From Macrostomum lignano (lineage: Eukaryota): a stretch of 64,000 bases of DNA. The stretch is from assembly GCA_002269645.1 (NCBI GenBank), contig NIVC01001698.1, positions 62,001 to 126,000 of the forward strand, given 5' to 3'. The notes beneath the pieces are model-generated. The model worked only from the letters and a program-made list of their open reading frames with translations, ran no database searches and was not told the DNA's origin. A program made the translations under genes and the position numbers. Shown piece after piece: positions 38,678-48,650 of the stretch (position 1 is the first letter of the stretch; each line of letters opens with the position of its first letter).

Positions 38678-38787
38678 CTGCCCGTGGTCGCCAGGGGTTA
38701 GCGAAATGGGCGGCAACGCCTCCTCGCTGTTTCCGGACGCGCGGAGCCCCCTGCAGCTAAGTCAAGTAAGTCAAGACGCCCTCCGTC

Positions 38788-39726
38788 TCGCCACCGGCCA
38801 GCTGCTCCGCCTCGGTGAGCTCGTCTGCACCCTCGACAGCCACGTCTACGCACTCAGCACGTCAGTCAGCAGCGACGTGAATCAGCTTCTTATCTGCCCA
38901 AAAGTACCCGCCCTAGCGCTTCCACCGACCCTCACAGCCTACCTGACAACCTTCGGGGCCATCCTCAACGGCTCCCTCGACACCATACACAGCCTTTCGT
39001 CTCAAGGGCTTCCTTGGCTCCTCGCAAGGGGTAATTTCCAAAGCTTTCCTCGATTTCCAGGGCTCCACCTCGACCGACCGACTCGACCGACCTCCAAGTT
39101 CTCAGCGTAGAAAAGGATGCTGGAAGGCCTGACCTCAAGAACGATCGACAGATTCACTGAGCGCCTGCTCGACTCCATCATGCACGATACTGACAGTCGA
39201 ATCTCGGTCGACCTGCCATTTAAAACCGGCGCTGAACCGTCAAACTTCTGACAAGCCTTTGGACAGGCGCGGGCAACGCACCGGTGCCTAAGCCTCCCGG
39301 AGCGAGAGGCCTACAAGAGTTCGAAAAGCGAAAAGTCGAAGGAGTCTAATTAGAGCGAGTCGACCTCAGGTGAGAGAACGGGCAGACCCCTCACGTCCTA
39401 CCGCACTTCCCTGTCATCAAGGAAAGCTCGAACACCACAAAAATTCGACCCGTTGTCGACGCGTTCGCAAAGACCTCTCTTGCCGGCGCTACGCTCAATG
39501 ATTTTCTAGAGCCTGGACCAAACCTGCTGACCTCTCTACTCCAATTCCTTTTAGTCCATCGAGCCCACCGCTTCGCCATCTCGTCCGACATCCAGGCTAT
39601 GTTCGGGGTCAATGAACGCCATCGAGACGCACTCCGTATCATTGTTCCAAGAGACATCTCTCAACCGCTCATCGACGGCAACTTTGAGATGTGGCACTTC
39701 ACCCGCATCGTCATGGCACCAGACTA
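38788..39726 (+). mobile_element. Degraded BEL/Pao LTR-retrotransposon pol fragment (target of the LINE insertion)
   Basis: 39388-39726 translates to PHVLPHFPVIKESSNTTKIRPVVDA...TLNDFLEPGPNLL...AISSDIQAMF...RDALR, which is the BEL/Pao RT signature. Upstream is ISVDLPFK with in-frame stops. The frame continues across the LINE TSD into the left flank. Confidence 0.8.
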
Positions 39727-40363
39727 GACATTTAACCGGTATCCACGAACTGAACTCAGTATCCGGATACTCGCAAGTTACTACTTCTACTGTTTTACCG
39801 TTCAAAGAGCCCCTCTATCCATCGTTGTCTGCTGCCCCCCCCCTGCCCGAGCCATGAGAATACGCGCTCATGCATGCCAACTCCTCCCAAAGGAAAAGGA
39901 ACAATAGCAAATATTGCCGTGCACTCATGCAATGACCCCCTAATTCTACCTGGCCCGTATGCATCCCCTTCAGAGAGCGGCGGGGAGCAGGGTGCCAGAG
40001 AAGAAAATTATAGACAAAAATTGGGCCAGAAGCCAGAGAGGCTGCGGCGGGGGGGGGCGGTGGGGAGCTGAGGGGCGCCGCTCTTTGACAGAGGCTCGTG
40101 AAACAATAGAACAAATCTACTAGGGGAGAAAATTGATGCATTTCAGGGCTACCGCTATCGGCAGGCGAATCAACGATGGCTCCGGGCTGGAGGGCGCCGA
40201 CGCGGTTCCCCAGGCAGCGCCTGCTTCCCCCGCCATCGCCCCGGAGACCATAGCAACCGGCCGCGGGGAGGGCGAGGGAAAGGGGATAAAAATCTTCTCC
40301 CGGGAGCGGCGGCGGCTCATCTGCGAGCCAAGCCAACAGCAACCTCCAGCCAGAGAAGCAGCA

Positions 40364-40851
40364 ATGGCCGAAATCGATCTCGTCAACCGCGACCCCAATG
40401 GCATCAATGGCTCCATTCAGGTGAGCCAGCACCCCGATATCCTTGACAGCTTGACTCAAAATGTTTCCCCAATCAGCCAGTTAGTTTCATTTTTGCTCAA
40501 CCCAATCGACAGGTGAAATTCGAGGACGTTCTGGCCGAGCCCGATGGCGCCCACTCCATGGACTGCGTGTGGAGCAACAGCTACAAGTGCTACACCTGCG
40601 GCCTGTCGCTGTCCTACAAGATCGCCACCCTGCTGTGCGGCATCTTCATCGCCCTGCACTGGGGCTGCACCTTCGGCTGCTTGGCCTTCAACCAGATCTG
40701 GTACGTGACGCCGAACTGCAAGCTGTTCGAGATCCAGATGTCCTGCTTCAAGAGGTTCTTCACTACCATGATGGAGTGCTGCCTCGGACCCTGCTGCGCC
40801 ACCTGCGGCATGTTCTTCAGCAACGTCACCGTCACCAACAAGTCGGGCTGA
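40364..40851 (+). CDS. CAV: Caveolin (paralog 1), 131 aa
   Basis: Exons 40364-40420 (MAEIDLVNRDPNGINGSIQ) and 40513-40851. It has the signature FEDVLAEP, a hydrophobic hairpin and a Cys-rich C-terminus. The intron lies two codons before FED, as in vertebrate caveolins. Confidence 0.95.
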
Positions 40852-42300
40852 CACCACCAGCCTGAAAGAGTCTGAACTGTTGACTCACTGACTTATTAGT
40901 TGAACTAGGATGCTTTTCTGTACTTTTGTGCCCAATATCAACCATCGAACTCTCTTAAGGCTTTTAGCAGCCTTCTGCCCTGCCTCTTGCCTCAAACTAA
41001 TGCCCTTAGCCTGCCCCAGAGTAAAAATAAAGAAAAATTATGCGATAATTCGCTCACGGGGATGTGAGTAATCTGCTTGGGATTTTTCGTTCTCAGTTGC
41101 TCGAGTGATCCCTATTGACTGCCGCTGTGCTGTCACCGCCAGCTTCGAAGGGCTACAACTTTAGTCGCATTCCCCGAGCAAATTACTCGCCTCAAGCAAT
41201 GCTAAAAGAAGCAGCAATAAATCTACGAGCTATTTCACAGTAACTTTAACCGATTAATATCCAATGGTTCCTGCTCAACCGCAGGATTCCCGCCAGACAG
41301 AGTGATTAAAAAATTAAGTAAATATATAATTGGATACTTCTTGTAACTCATCTGCCACCGAACTATCTTTGACAGACTCGTCGCTTTGATTGATCCTTTT
41401 GATTGGGTCAGGAAATTCTGCTGTATTTTAAGGAAAGAATCGAAGAAATGCAAAACTCATGCTGATTTCTGTGCCAGGCCATCGCCCAGAGACAGGAGTA
41501 CCCCAGGTTAGCATTTTTCTACGACTCGCCCAGTGCTGCAAAGCTTCTGTGCCCTACTCTGTCTTCGTGCAGGGAGGGGGAGAGGCGGATAGAAGGCAGC
41601 GCGTGGCCCCTCCAAACTGGTTGCCATAGAAACGGTCCCAGCTTTTCAAGAGAGGGTCGCTTAGAATCTCTATGCTACTCCCTGCCCCCAGCTCCGCCAG
41701 TCTTCTCCCCTTTGTTAGGAAGGGAAGGCGATTGAAACAATGGCGCTGCTCAGTGTTGCACAAGGCAATCTTTTATTCACAAGCTCTACGTCGTAACAGT
41801 GGCTCAGCGCATCTCTCATTCGCTAGGGTGGAGGCCGGCAGCGGGCTTGCGGCCATGGAGGTTAGAGGGGCTGCTGAAGTGAAGAGGGGTAGCCCTGTCC
41901 CGCAATTTAATAATGCAACAGGACTGGCGATGCCCCAAGTCCGAGATGGTTGGCATTGGCAACATCCGCATGTAGGGGCTGGAGGCTGCGTACGGAGATG
42001 AGGACTGCAATTCCTTCCCCGACTGATAATGCCTACCAAAGCGCTGTTCCCCTAAGCTCGCCCACACAGTCAATCCATCAATTTTAATTGAGATAAAACT
42101 CTGTTTACCGGGATAAACCCACAACAATCTTCTATTCAATAAAGAGCCGTTTGAACTAATGATATCATTCTCGATTCGGCATGTTGTTCACGAATTTGAT
42201 CGGTTTTAAACAAAACGCTTTGAGCAGCTTGAGAATGCTTGAGCAGTCGTTGAACCTAAATTCGCAAAGAGTTGGTCTTTGCTGAATACACAGTTAAAAA

Positions 42301-42390
42301 TGAATAAGGAAAATGGAACACATGAATAAGGAAAATGGAACACATGAATAAGGAAAATGGAACACATGAATAAGGAAAATGGAACACATG
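42301..42390. repeat. 22-bp x4 repeat TGAATAAGGAAAATGGAACACA
   Basis: Direct copies between the caveolin genes. Confidence 0.85.
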
Positions 42391-42797
42391 CGCTTGTATA
42401 AAGTTTGGCTAAAACTTAGCCGGAAAAAAATTTAGTAAAAGCTACGAGCTGTGTTGATTTTTTTGCAAGCTGCTACATTGCCATGCAGCAGTGCACAGCG
42501 GCAGACAGTGGCTGATGTTTGGGAATTCTCAGACTGCAATAGACTAGTGACCTGTCCCATTAAATCTCTGTTGCCATTGACAACGAGAGCTGAGACGCAC
42601 ACACGAGCGTGCATAGCGCTCTGAGATTTTCACATTACCGGGTGAATTGTTTCAGAATGGGCCAGTGGGCCGTGCGGAGCAGCTGAGCTCCCCTCCTCGC
42701 TCAGGCATTGCAGTTTCCAATGGCAACGCTGACCCTGGGCAGCGCAACAACAGGGCTCAGGGCGTCAGCGCGTCTCTATGGCCACCGCAGCTGTCTG

Positions 42798-42804
42798 TAT
42801 AAAT
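42798..42804 (+). promoter_or_regulatory. Candidate TATA box of caveolin paralog 2
   Basis: TATAAAT in a GC-rich context about 130 bp upstream of the ATG. Confidence 0.4.
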
Positions 42805-42930
42805 GCCGGAGCGCCTCCCTCCTTGTGGATGCCCGCAGCCGCGCCGCCAACTCGCTCAGTTCGCTCTAGAAAGAGGCATCGGTTCCGAGTCCGTGGTTCC
42901 ATTCTGGCACAGGAAGACACACAGAAGGCA

Positions 42931-43479
42931 ATGGCCGCCGAGCTGGACATGGTCAACCGGGATCCCAACGGGATCAACCAGGGTCTGCAGGTGAGAAGGC
43001 GCTAGAAAGTACCGATCAAGGACCAGTAGAGAGTAACGGTGTTATACAGTGGTAACTTCTAGTGGTCCTTGATATCCATGTACTCAGTCAGTCGCTATCC
43101 AAATACTTTATCTCGAACCCATCCGCAAATTCTCTTCCAGGTGAAATTCGAGGACGTCCTGGCCGAGCCCGATGGCGCCCACTCCATGGACTGCGTGTGG
43201 AGCAACAGCTACAAGTGCTACACCTGCGGCCTGTCGCTGTCCTACAAGATCGCCACCCTGTTCTGCGGCATCTTCATCGCCCTGCACTGGGGCTGCACCT
43301 TCGGCTGCGTGGCCTTCAACGAGATCTGGTACATGACGCCGAACTGCAAGCTGTTCGAGCTGCAGATGCGCTGCATCAAGCGATTCGTCACCGTCATGCT
43401 AGAGTGCTGCTTCGGGCCCTGCTGCGCAGCCTGCGGCATGTTCTTCAGCAACATCACCGTCACCAACAAGTCGGGCTGA
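42931..43479 (+). CDS. CAV: Caveolin (paralog 2), 132 aa
   Basis: Exons 42931-42990 (MAAELDMVNRDPNGINQGLQ) and 43141-43479; FEDVLAEP signature; same intron position as paralog 1. Confidence 0.95.
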
Positions 43480-44561
43480 CAGACTCCCTCCCAGACTGCG
43501 CTCTGCGGATGGTCCGCCTGACTTAATGATTCAAACTGATCTCTTGTTTATTTTATATAACATAAATTTCATTTTTCCTCCTGCACGATTCGAAATACCT
43601 AAACACTCACCGGAGGTAGAGGCAGGTGTATAGGAAATTACAGAGCTGACCCTCAGCCACCCGACCAGAGAACCAATAAATCGAGATGCATACACCTTTC
43701 TGTGAAATAAAATTCTGCGAAATCACTGGAGAATTCATTGGTTTCAATTATATATGCGCTCGTACCTTTTCTGTGCAAAGGGTCTGATTCTTACCGGCCC
43801 CAATTTCATGTTATTTATTGGTTCTAATACGGGCTATGCCGCCATATGAAGCATCTGCACTCAGCTGAAGGTCTCAGAAGTAAGTCGCGAGAATTGTCTC
43901 TGAGGAGCATTAACGTAACTAAAAAAGTTATTATAGGACTATTTATTATAATTTACTATCCAATATCAAGTAAAACCAAACTGAATGATGGTATGATAAT
44001 TGCCTAATATGAATAAGTCAGACTTAATGTCTGTTTTTATTTGAAAATGTACTTTTCAGCACTTTTTAAAGGAGTAAATAGCTTGGCGGCATGTTTGCCT
44101 GACCCGACTGCGAGCATGCAGCTGACTCTCCGGCTCCGGCAGTTTGGGCAAAAGCAGAAGCCGCGCAACACAATTCAAACGGTACTCAAAGAAAAAGTAA
44201 AGACAGACAGAAGTTGGCCAATGCTTGGACTAAAGTGTGTTCGAAGCCAACTGAGAGCATCTCTTGCATTCATGTGTGCGCCAGACAACAGACTCAAAGG
44301 CGAGAGCTCGGGCTCTGCACCGGGGTGGGTGGGCTCGAAGCCATTGTTGCAGAGACGCTGCACACCGCACACAGATCTTGAGAGAGAACGTACATCACCC
44401 CGGTTTCCCCTGACAACGGATGGCAAGAGAGGCTGAGAATGAAGAGCTCACTCCGCCTCGAGCCGCTCAGTGCTCAACTACTCAAAAGCCTGCTTGCTGA
44501 GATTATAGCGAGAGGAAAATCAGTTTGAGACTCACACATCCGAACTACATACTGCAGCCCC

Positions 44562-46850
44562 ATGTCGGAGCAGGTAAGCCTGCGCGATGAGCTCCAGGCC
44601 CGCATCGGCCTCCTGCCGAAGGTGCACACGAGGCGGCTGGGCTCCCAGCAGGTACTCTACTCTCAGGTGAGCGTTCGTGCTGTGATGTGCGGGCGAAAAA
44701 GAATTCGATCTGGAGGGTTCGTGGGGATGACAAACGTTTTTGCCCTCGAATCTGCACCCTCTGTCCCCTGACTCTCCTCAACCTCAGGTGTCTTCGCTCA
44801 GCGAGATCACCCGCCTTGTGCGCGCCGCCCGCACCCTCGGTCTTCGAGTTCGCTCGGGCAACGCGCCGGCCTGCCTGGCGACCGACGATTTCGACGTGAT
44901 CGTCGACACCGACTTCATCGCCGACGAGGAGCGAATCGTCCTGCTGCCGGGAAGCGGCGACAGCGGCGCCCGGCTGGTGACGGTCAAGCCGGGCGTCACG
45001 GTGCGCGAATTCAACGAGTTCTGTCTGTCCAGGGACCTCTGCCTGCCCAGCCTGCCGGATTCGCCTCAGGCTACCATGGTAACGCTTGTTTTCAACCAAC
45101 AAATTTAGAGCTTGATGGCGTCTGCTTCAGTTACCACTGAATTATGAACTTCAGCGAGACTATCGGTTCTCCCTGACTGAGCTGTCAAAAGCAATTAGTT
45201 TTATAATCCCGCTAGTTGATTAAAACGAGTTTAACAAGAGCAACCTAGTAGCTCGTAAACTCCAAAAGTCTAAGCCAGCTTGGAACACATTCCTTTATGG
45301 CTTCGGTGGCTCACACAATTTTTCCTGTATTCTAGCAAGCATTATTCACAAGCCGCATCAGCTTCGTATACAGCTGCCTCGAATCCTTCGCAACAGGTGG
45401 AGCTGGCCATGACAGGAGCTGCCGGCGACGCGCCAGCCCACTCCGCCATCAGCGACTTCATCACCGACATTCGCATTGTGGACGCTGACGGCCGCCTGAA
45501 GCACTACCGCTGCATGGTGGACGACAGCGAGGCAGTCGACGCCAGCGACGCCCGGCGCCGCGAGAAGCGGGACCTGTTCTCTGGCGCGCAGTGCCACCTT
45601 GGAATGTTCGGCGTGGTGTACGATGCCACATTCCAGGTGCAGAAGAACTTCACTGTGAGTGTCACCACCGAGTTCAAGCCGCTGGAGGAGGTGCTGCTCA
45701 ACCCAGAGGCGATCGAAGAAATGCTTGCGCGCAACCAGAACGTCAGCGTCTACTGGTTCCCGTTCAACAGCGTGCGGGGAGCCGAGGACCCGATGCCGGG
45801 GGCGGAGCAGGACGCTGAAGCTGGTGAAGCGAAAAAGGAAGACGGTGAAGAGGAACGAGACGAAGGTGCGACTGAAAAAGAGGAGGAAAAAGAGGACGAA
45901 CAACAAGACGAAGACCAGCAAGAGGTTGAGCAGACAGCGGACGAGGTAAATAGCGAGGCGGAGCTACAGGAGTCGGCCGCCAGCCGCCAGCGGACTCCGC
46001 CGCCGAGCTGTACAGCCTGGACGATTGGACGCCGAATCGCGACGAGGTGTTTTGCCGCTACCTGAACACCTGCCAGCTGCCTTCGCAGGCAAAGCGGGAG
46101 TTCGACCTGATCGACCCGGTGCTGCTGGATCCTGAGACCGGCTGCCTGCTGGGCGACCCCGTGGACTCGCTGCGCCGCACGCACCGGCGGCATCGCCGGC
46201 AGCAACCGGCGCACTCAGAGTACCAGCAGCACGTGAGCTGGGGCATCAACTGGATGCGGCCGGATACGTACCCGGCCGGACTGAAAAACGTCGAGTACGT
46301 GTTTGATGCCGGCAAGGAATTCAACAACACCGTGCGCTGCGTCGGCCTGGTAGCGGAGCGCGTGCAGGAGTACAAGAAGCGCGGCCAGTTCCCGCTGAAC
46401 TGCTGCCTCTGCGTCTCCTTCGCCCGGGCCAGCGACGCGCTGATGGCGCCGGGGCACTGCGCCCATCCGACCAAGGGCGGCACGGGGCGCACTTGCGCGA
46501 TTAACGTGCTGATGCTGCCGCAGGCGGACTCTGACGCTGAGACCGACCTCATTGGTGACTTTGTGCTCGACCTGGAGATGGACCTGCGCGGAGTCGAGGG
46601 CGCCCGGCCACACTGGAGCTCCAATTGGGCCTTCGTCGAGGGCAGCCACGCCATGTTGAAGAAGGTGTACACCGAAGACCTGGCCCAATTCAAGAATATG
46701 ATCAGAAGGAAACTCATCGATCTGGACGGGGTTTTCCTCAACCGTCACCTGGCCAGGGTGGTGGAGTCTGACGAGTTCGCCTGCCAGCAGGTGTACTCGC
46801 TGAAGAATCGGCGCACTAAGGACACCTACCTGTTGCAGGCCGAGAATTAG
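44562..46850 (+). CDS. FAD-linked oxidase of the L-gulonolactone/D-arabinonolactone oxidase (VAO/PCMH + ALO domain) family, divergent
   Basis: Exons 44562-44666, 44788-45078, 45397-45945 and 45984-46850 (or a 1-nt frameshift instead of the last 38-nt intron). Motifs: SLSEITRLVRAA, VTVKPGVTV, ISDFITDIRIVDADG, LGMFGVVYDATF, YWFPFN, RASDALMAP, GARPHW. Confidence 0.75.
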
Positions 46851-47485
46851 CGTGCGAGACGCCACCTGTACATTGGGTGCCCCTGAACTGAAGATTACTG
46901 ATAAATATTCAACTATTGTTTTGTGCTGATTTTAAACTATCTACACAATGGACTGACCAGTATACTGTAGTTAAAAACTTCTCAAAAAGTTTTCTTGTAC
47001 CACTTTTAGCGACTGCAGTACCACGCGATTGCAGAGAAATTTATGGCGAAAAATATTGCTAAATAGAAGCATAAAAATGTTATAATATGCTGCCCAAAGT
47101 AACTTTTAATTGCACTTGCTCCTGGTTCAAATAAACTCATTGAAATATTCGTAAACAATATTTTTTCATGCGAGTTCAATTGAAATAGTTAATTTAAGGC
47201 TTTGCAACACGTATGAGTCGGATCACAAGACTTTTCTTAGTTTGTAAGTCTTAGCCCAGCTTAAAGAACGAATTACAAGTAACAAGTGGCAATTTGCTTA
47301 CTGCAAGTGACAAAAATGGATGGGCCGAATGGATGGACTACGAGAGACCATAACAGATCCAACAGAAGTTTCAAGAGACTTCTATGGCCAAGCCTCATTC
47401 TGTCTTAGTAGCCTTGGGACTTTTTTGCTCTCTGTAATCTCTAGTTGCTTAGGCTTGTCGTGATTTATCTAGTGCTCAGCTTGCG

Positions 47486-48650
47486 ATGGCAACGGGCGGA
47501 GGCATCAGCGGGGCGGATGCGCTGCACCTCATCTCGGTGCAGCCGGTGAACAAGTGCGCCTCCATCGCATTCGACGCCAAGTTCAACCTGTTGGTGGAGG
47601 CAGCCGGCGATGATGGTCTCCGGTTCCGTCAGAGCAATCTGCCGCCTCCGGGCTCCGTAGAGGCCAGCCAGGCTACCCGGGTCATCTTTAGCGAGGTGTT
47701 TCGCTACTTGAACGTACAGACGTCGCATATTGCGCTCACGCCGTACAACATTATGCTGTGTTGTCATGGGAACAGTCTAAGCATGGTGCGGCACTGCACC
47801 GGCCAGGTGGTCTACCGGTGCGAACTCCCTTGCAAAGTTGGCGGAGCCGCCTTCGACGCCGCCAGTGACAGCTTCTTTGTATGCGACGCCGCCACCAAGT
47901 CCGTGCTGTGCATGCCCTACATGGAGTTTGAGCGCAGCCGGAGGCTGGATGTGACCCAGCAGATTGTTCCCAGCGGGCTCTGCGTCTTTTCCAGCACCCT
48001 CTTCGTGGCCAACAGCGAAGTTAGAGACGGTCTGCAGCCCTGCGGCATCTGCTACCGATTGGAAGACGGTCGCGTGTTCAAAATTTCTAGGGTGGCCGTA
48101 AGCAAGAAGGTTGTGGCGGGCACTCAGCAGACTTTAAGCGATGCGGTGAGGCCCCATTTGATCTAAGTAGCTCGTAGATTATCTGATAATCTCTCGCTCA
48201 TAGAGGATGTAGTTTTACTAGAATTCGTCAAGCCAAGCACTTAACCTCTCTTTCCGAGTGCAGATGCAGAAACATTACAGACCATCGGCGCTTGACGGAG
48301 TTGTCGTACTGCCGCAGGCCGGCAGTCAGCAGTCAAAGGCGACACTCATAGGCATAAGCTCTGCGGACAAAGCGATGTACACCTATCGGGTTCGCTTTCG
48401 CCGCAGTAAGGATGCCTCTAGTAGCTCTGGTGTTATTGTGAAGTTCCGCGGTCGAGACGAGGCCAGCTTCATCGACGTCAATAATGGCGCAGTGCGAGTT
48501 CCGCGCTTCATCACGGCCTTGTCCAATGAGTGCATTGTAGTCTACTTTGAAGTGCAAGCTCTGGGCAGCAGGCCTGAGAGCCACGGCGTCATGGTTTTCA
48601 GATTTAAATCCGCCGTAACCCAAGGTATAAACACCAACCCTTTGAATTAG
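47486..48650 (+). CDS. Uncharacterised protein of about 350 aa, beta-propeller (NHL-like) pattern
   Basis: Exons 47486-48145 and 48264-48650 (phase 0, gtgagg...gtgcag). Repeating strand motifs: GAAFD..SFFVCD, PSGLCVF..LFVAN, PRFIT. Confidence 0.6.

Larger units (their letters stand above)
32878..38774 (+). mobile_element. Full-length non-LTR retrotransposon (LINE), LOA/R1-like with RNase H
   Basis: The 13-bp direct repeat GACGCCCTCCGTC flanks it (32865-32877 and 38775-38787). It has a ~590-bp 5' UTR, ORF1, ORF2 (APE-RT-RNase H-Cys/His finger), a ~100-bp 3' UTR and a short TAAGTCAAG x2 tail. Confidence 0.92.

Noticed and set aside
47760-47773. X-box-like GTTGTCATGGGAAC
   Set aside because: It lies within a coding exon (CCHGN) and is likely a chance match.
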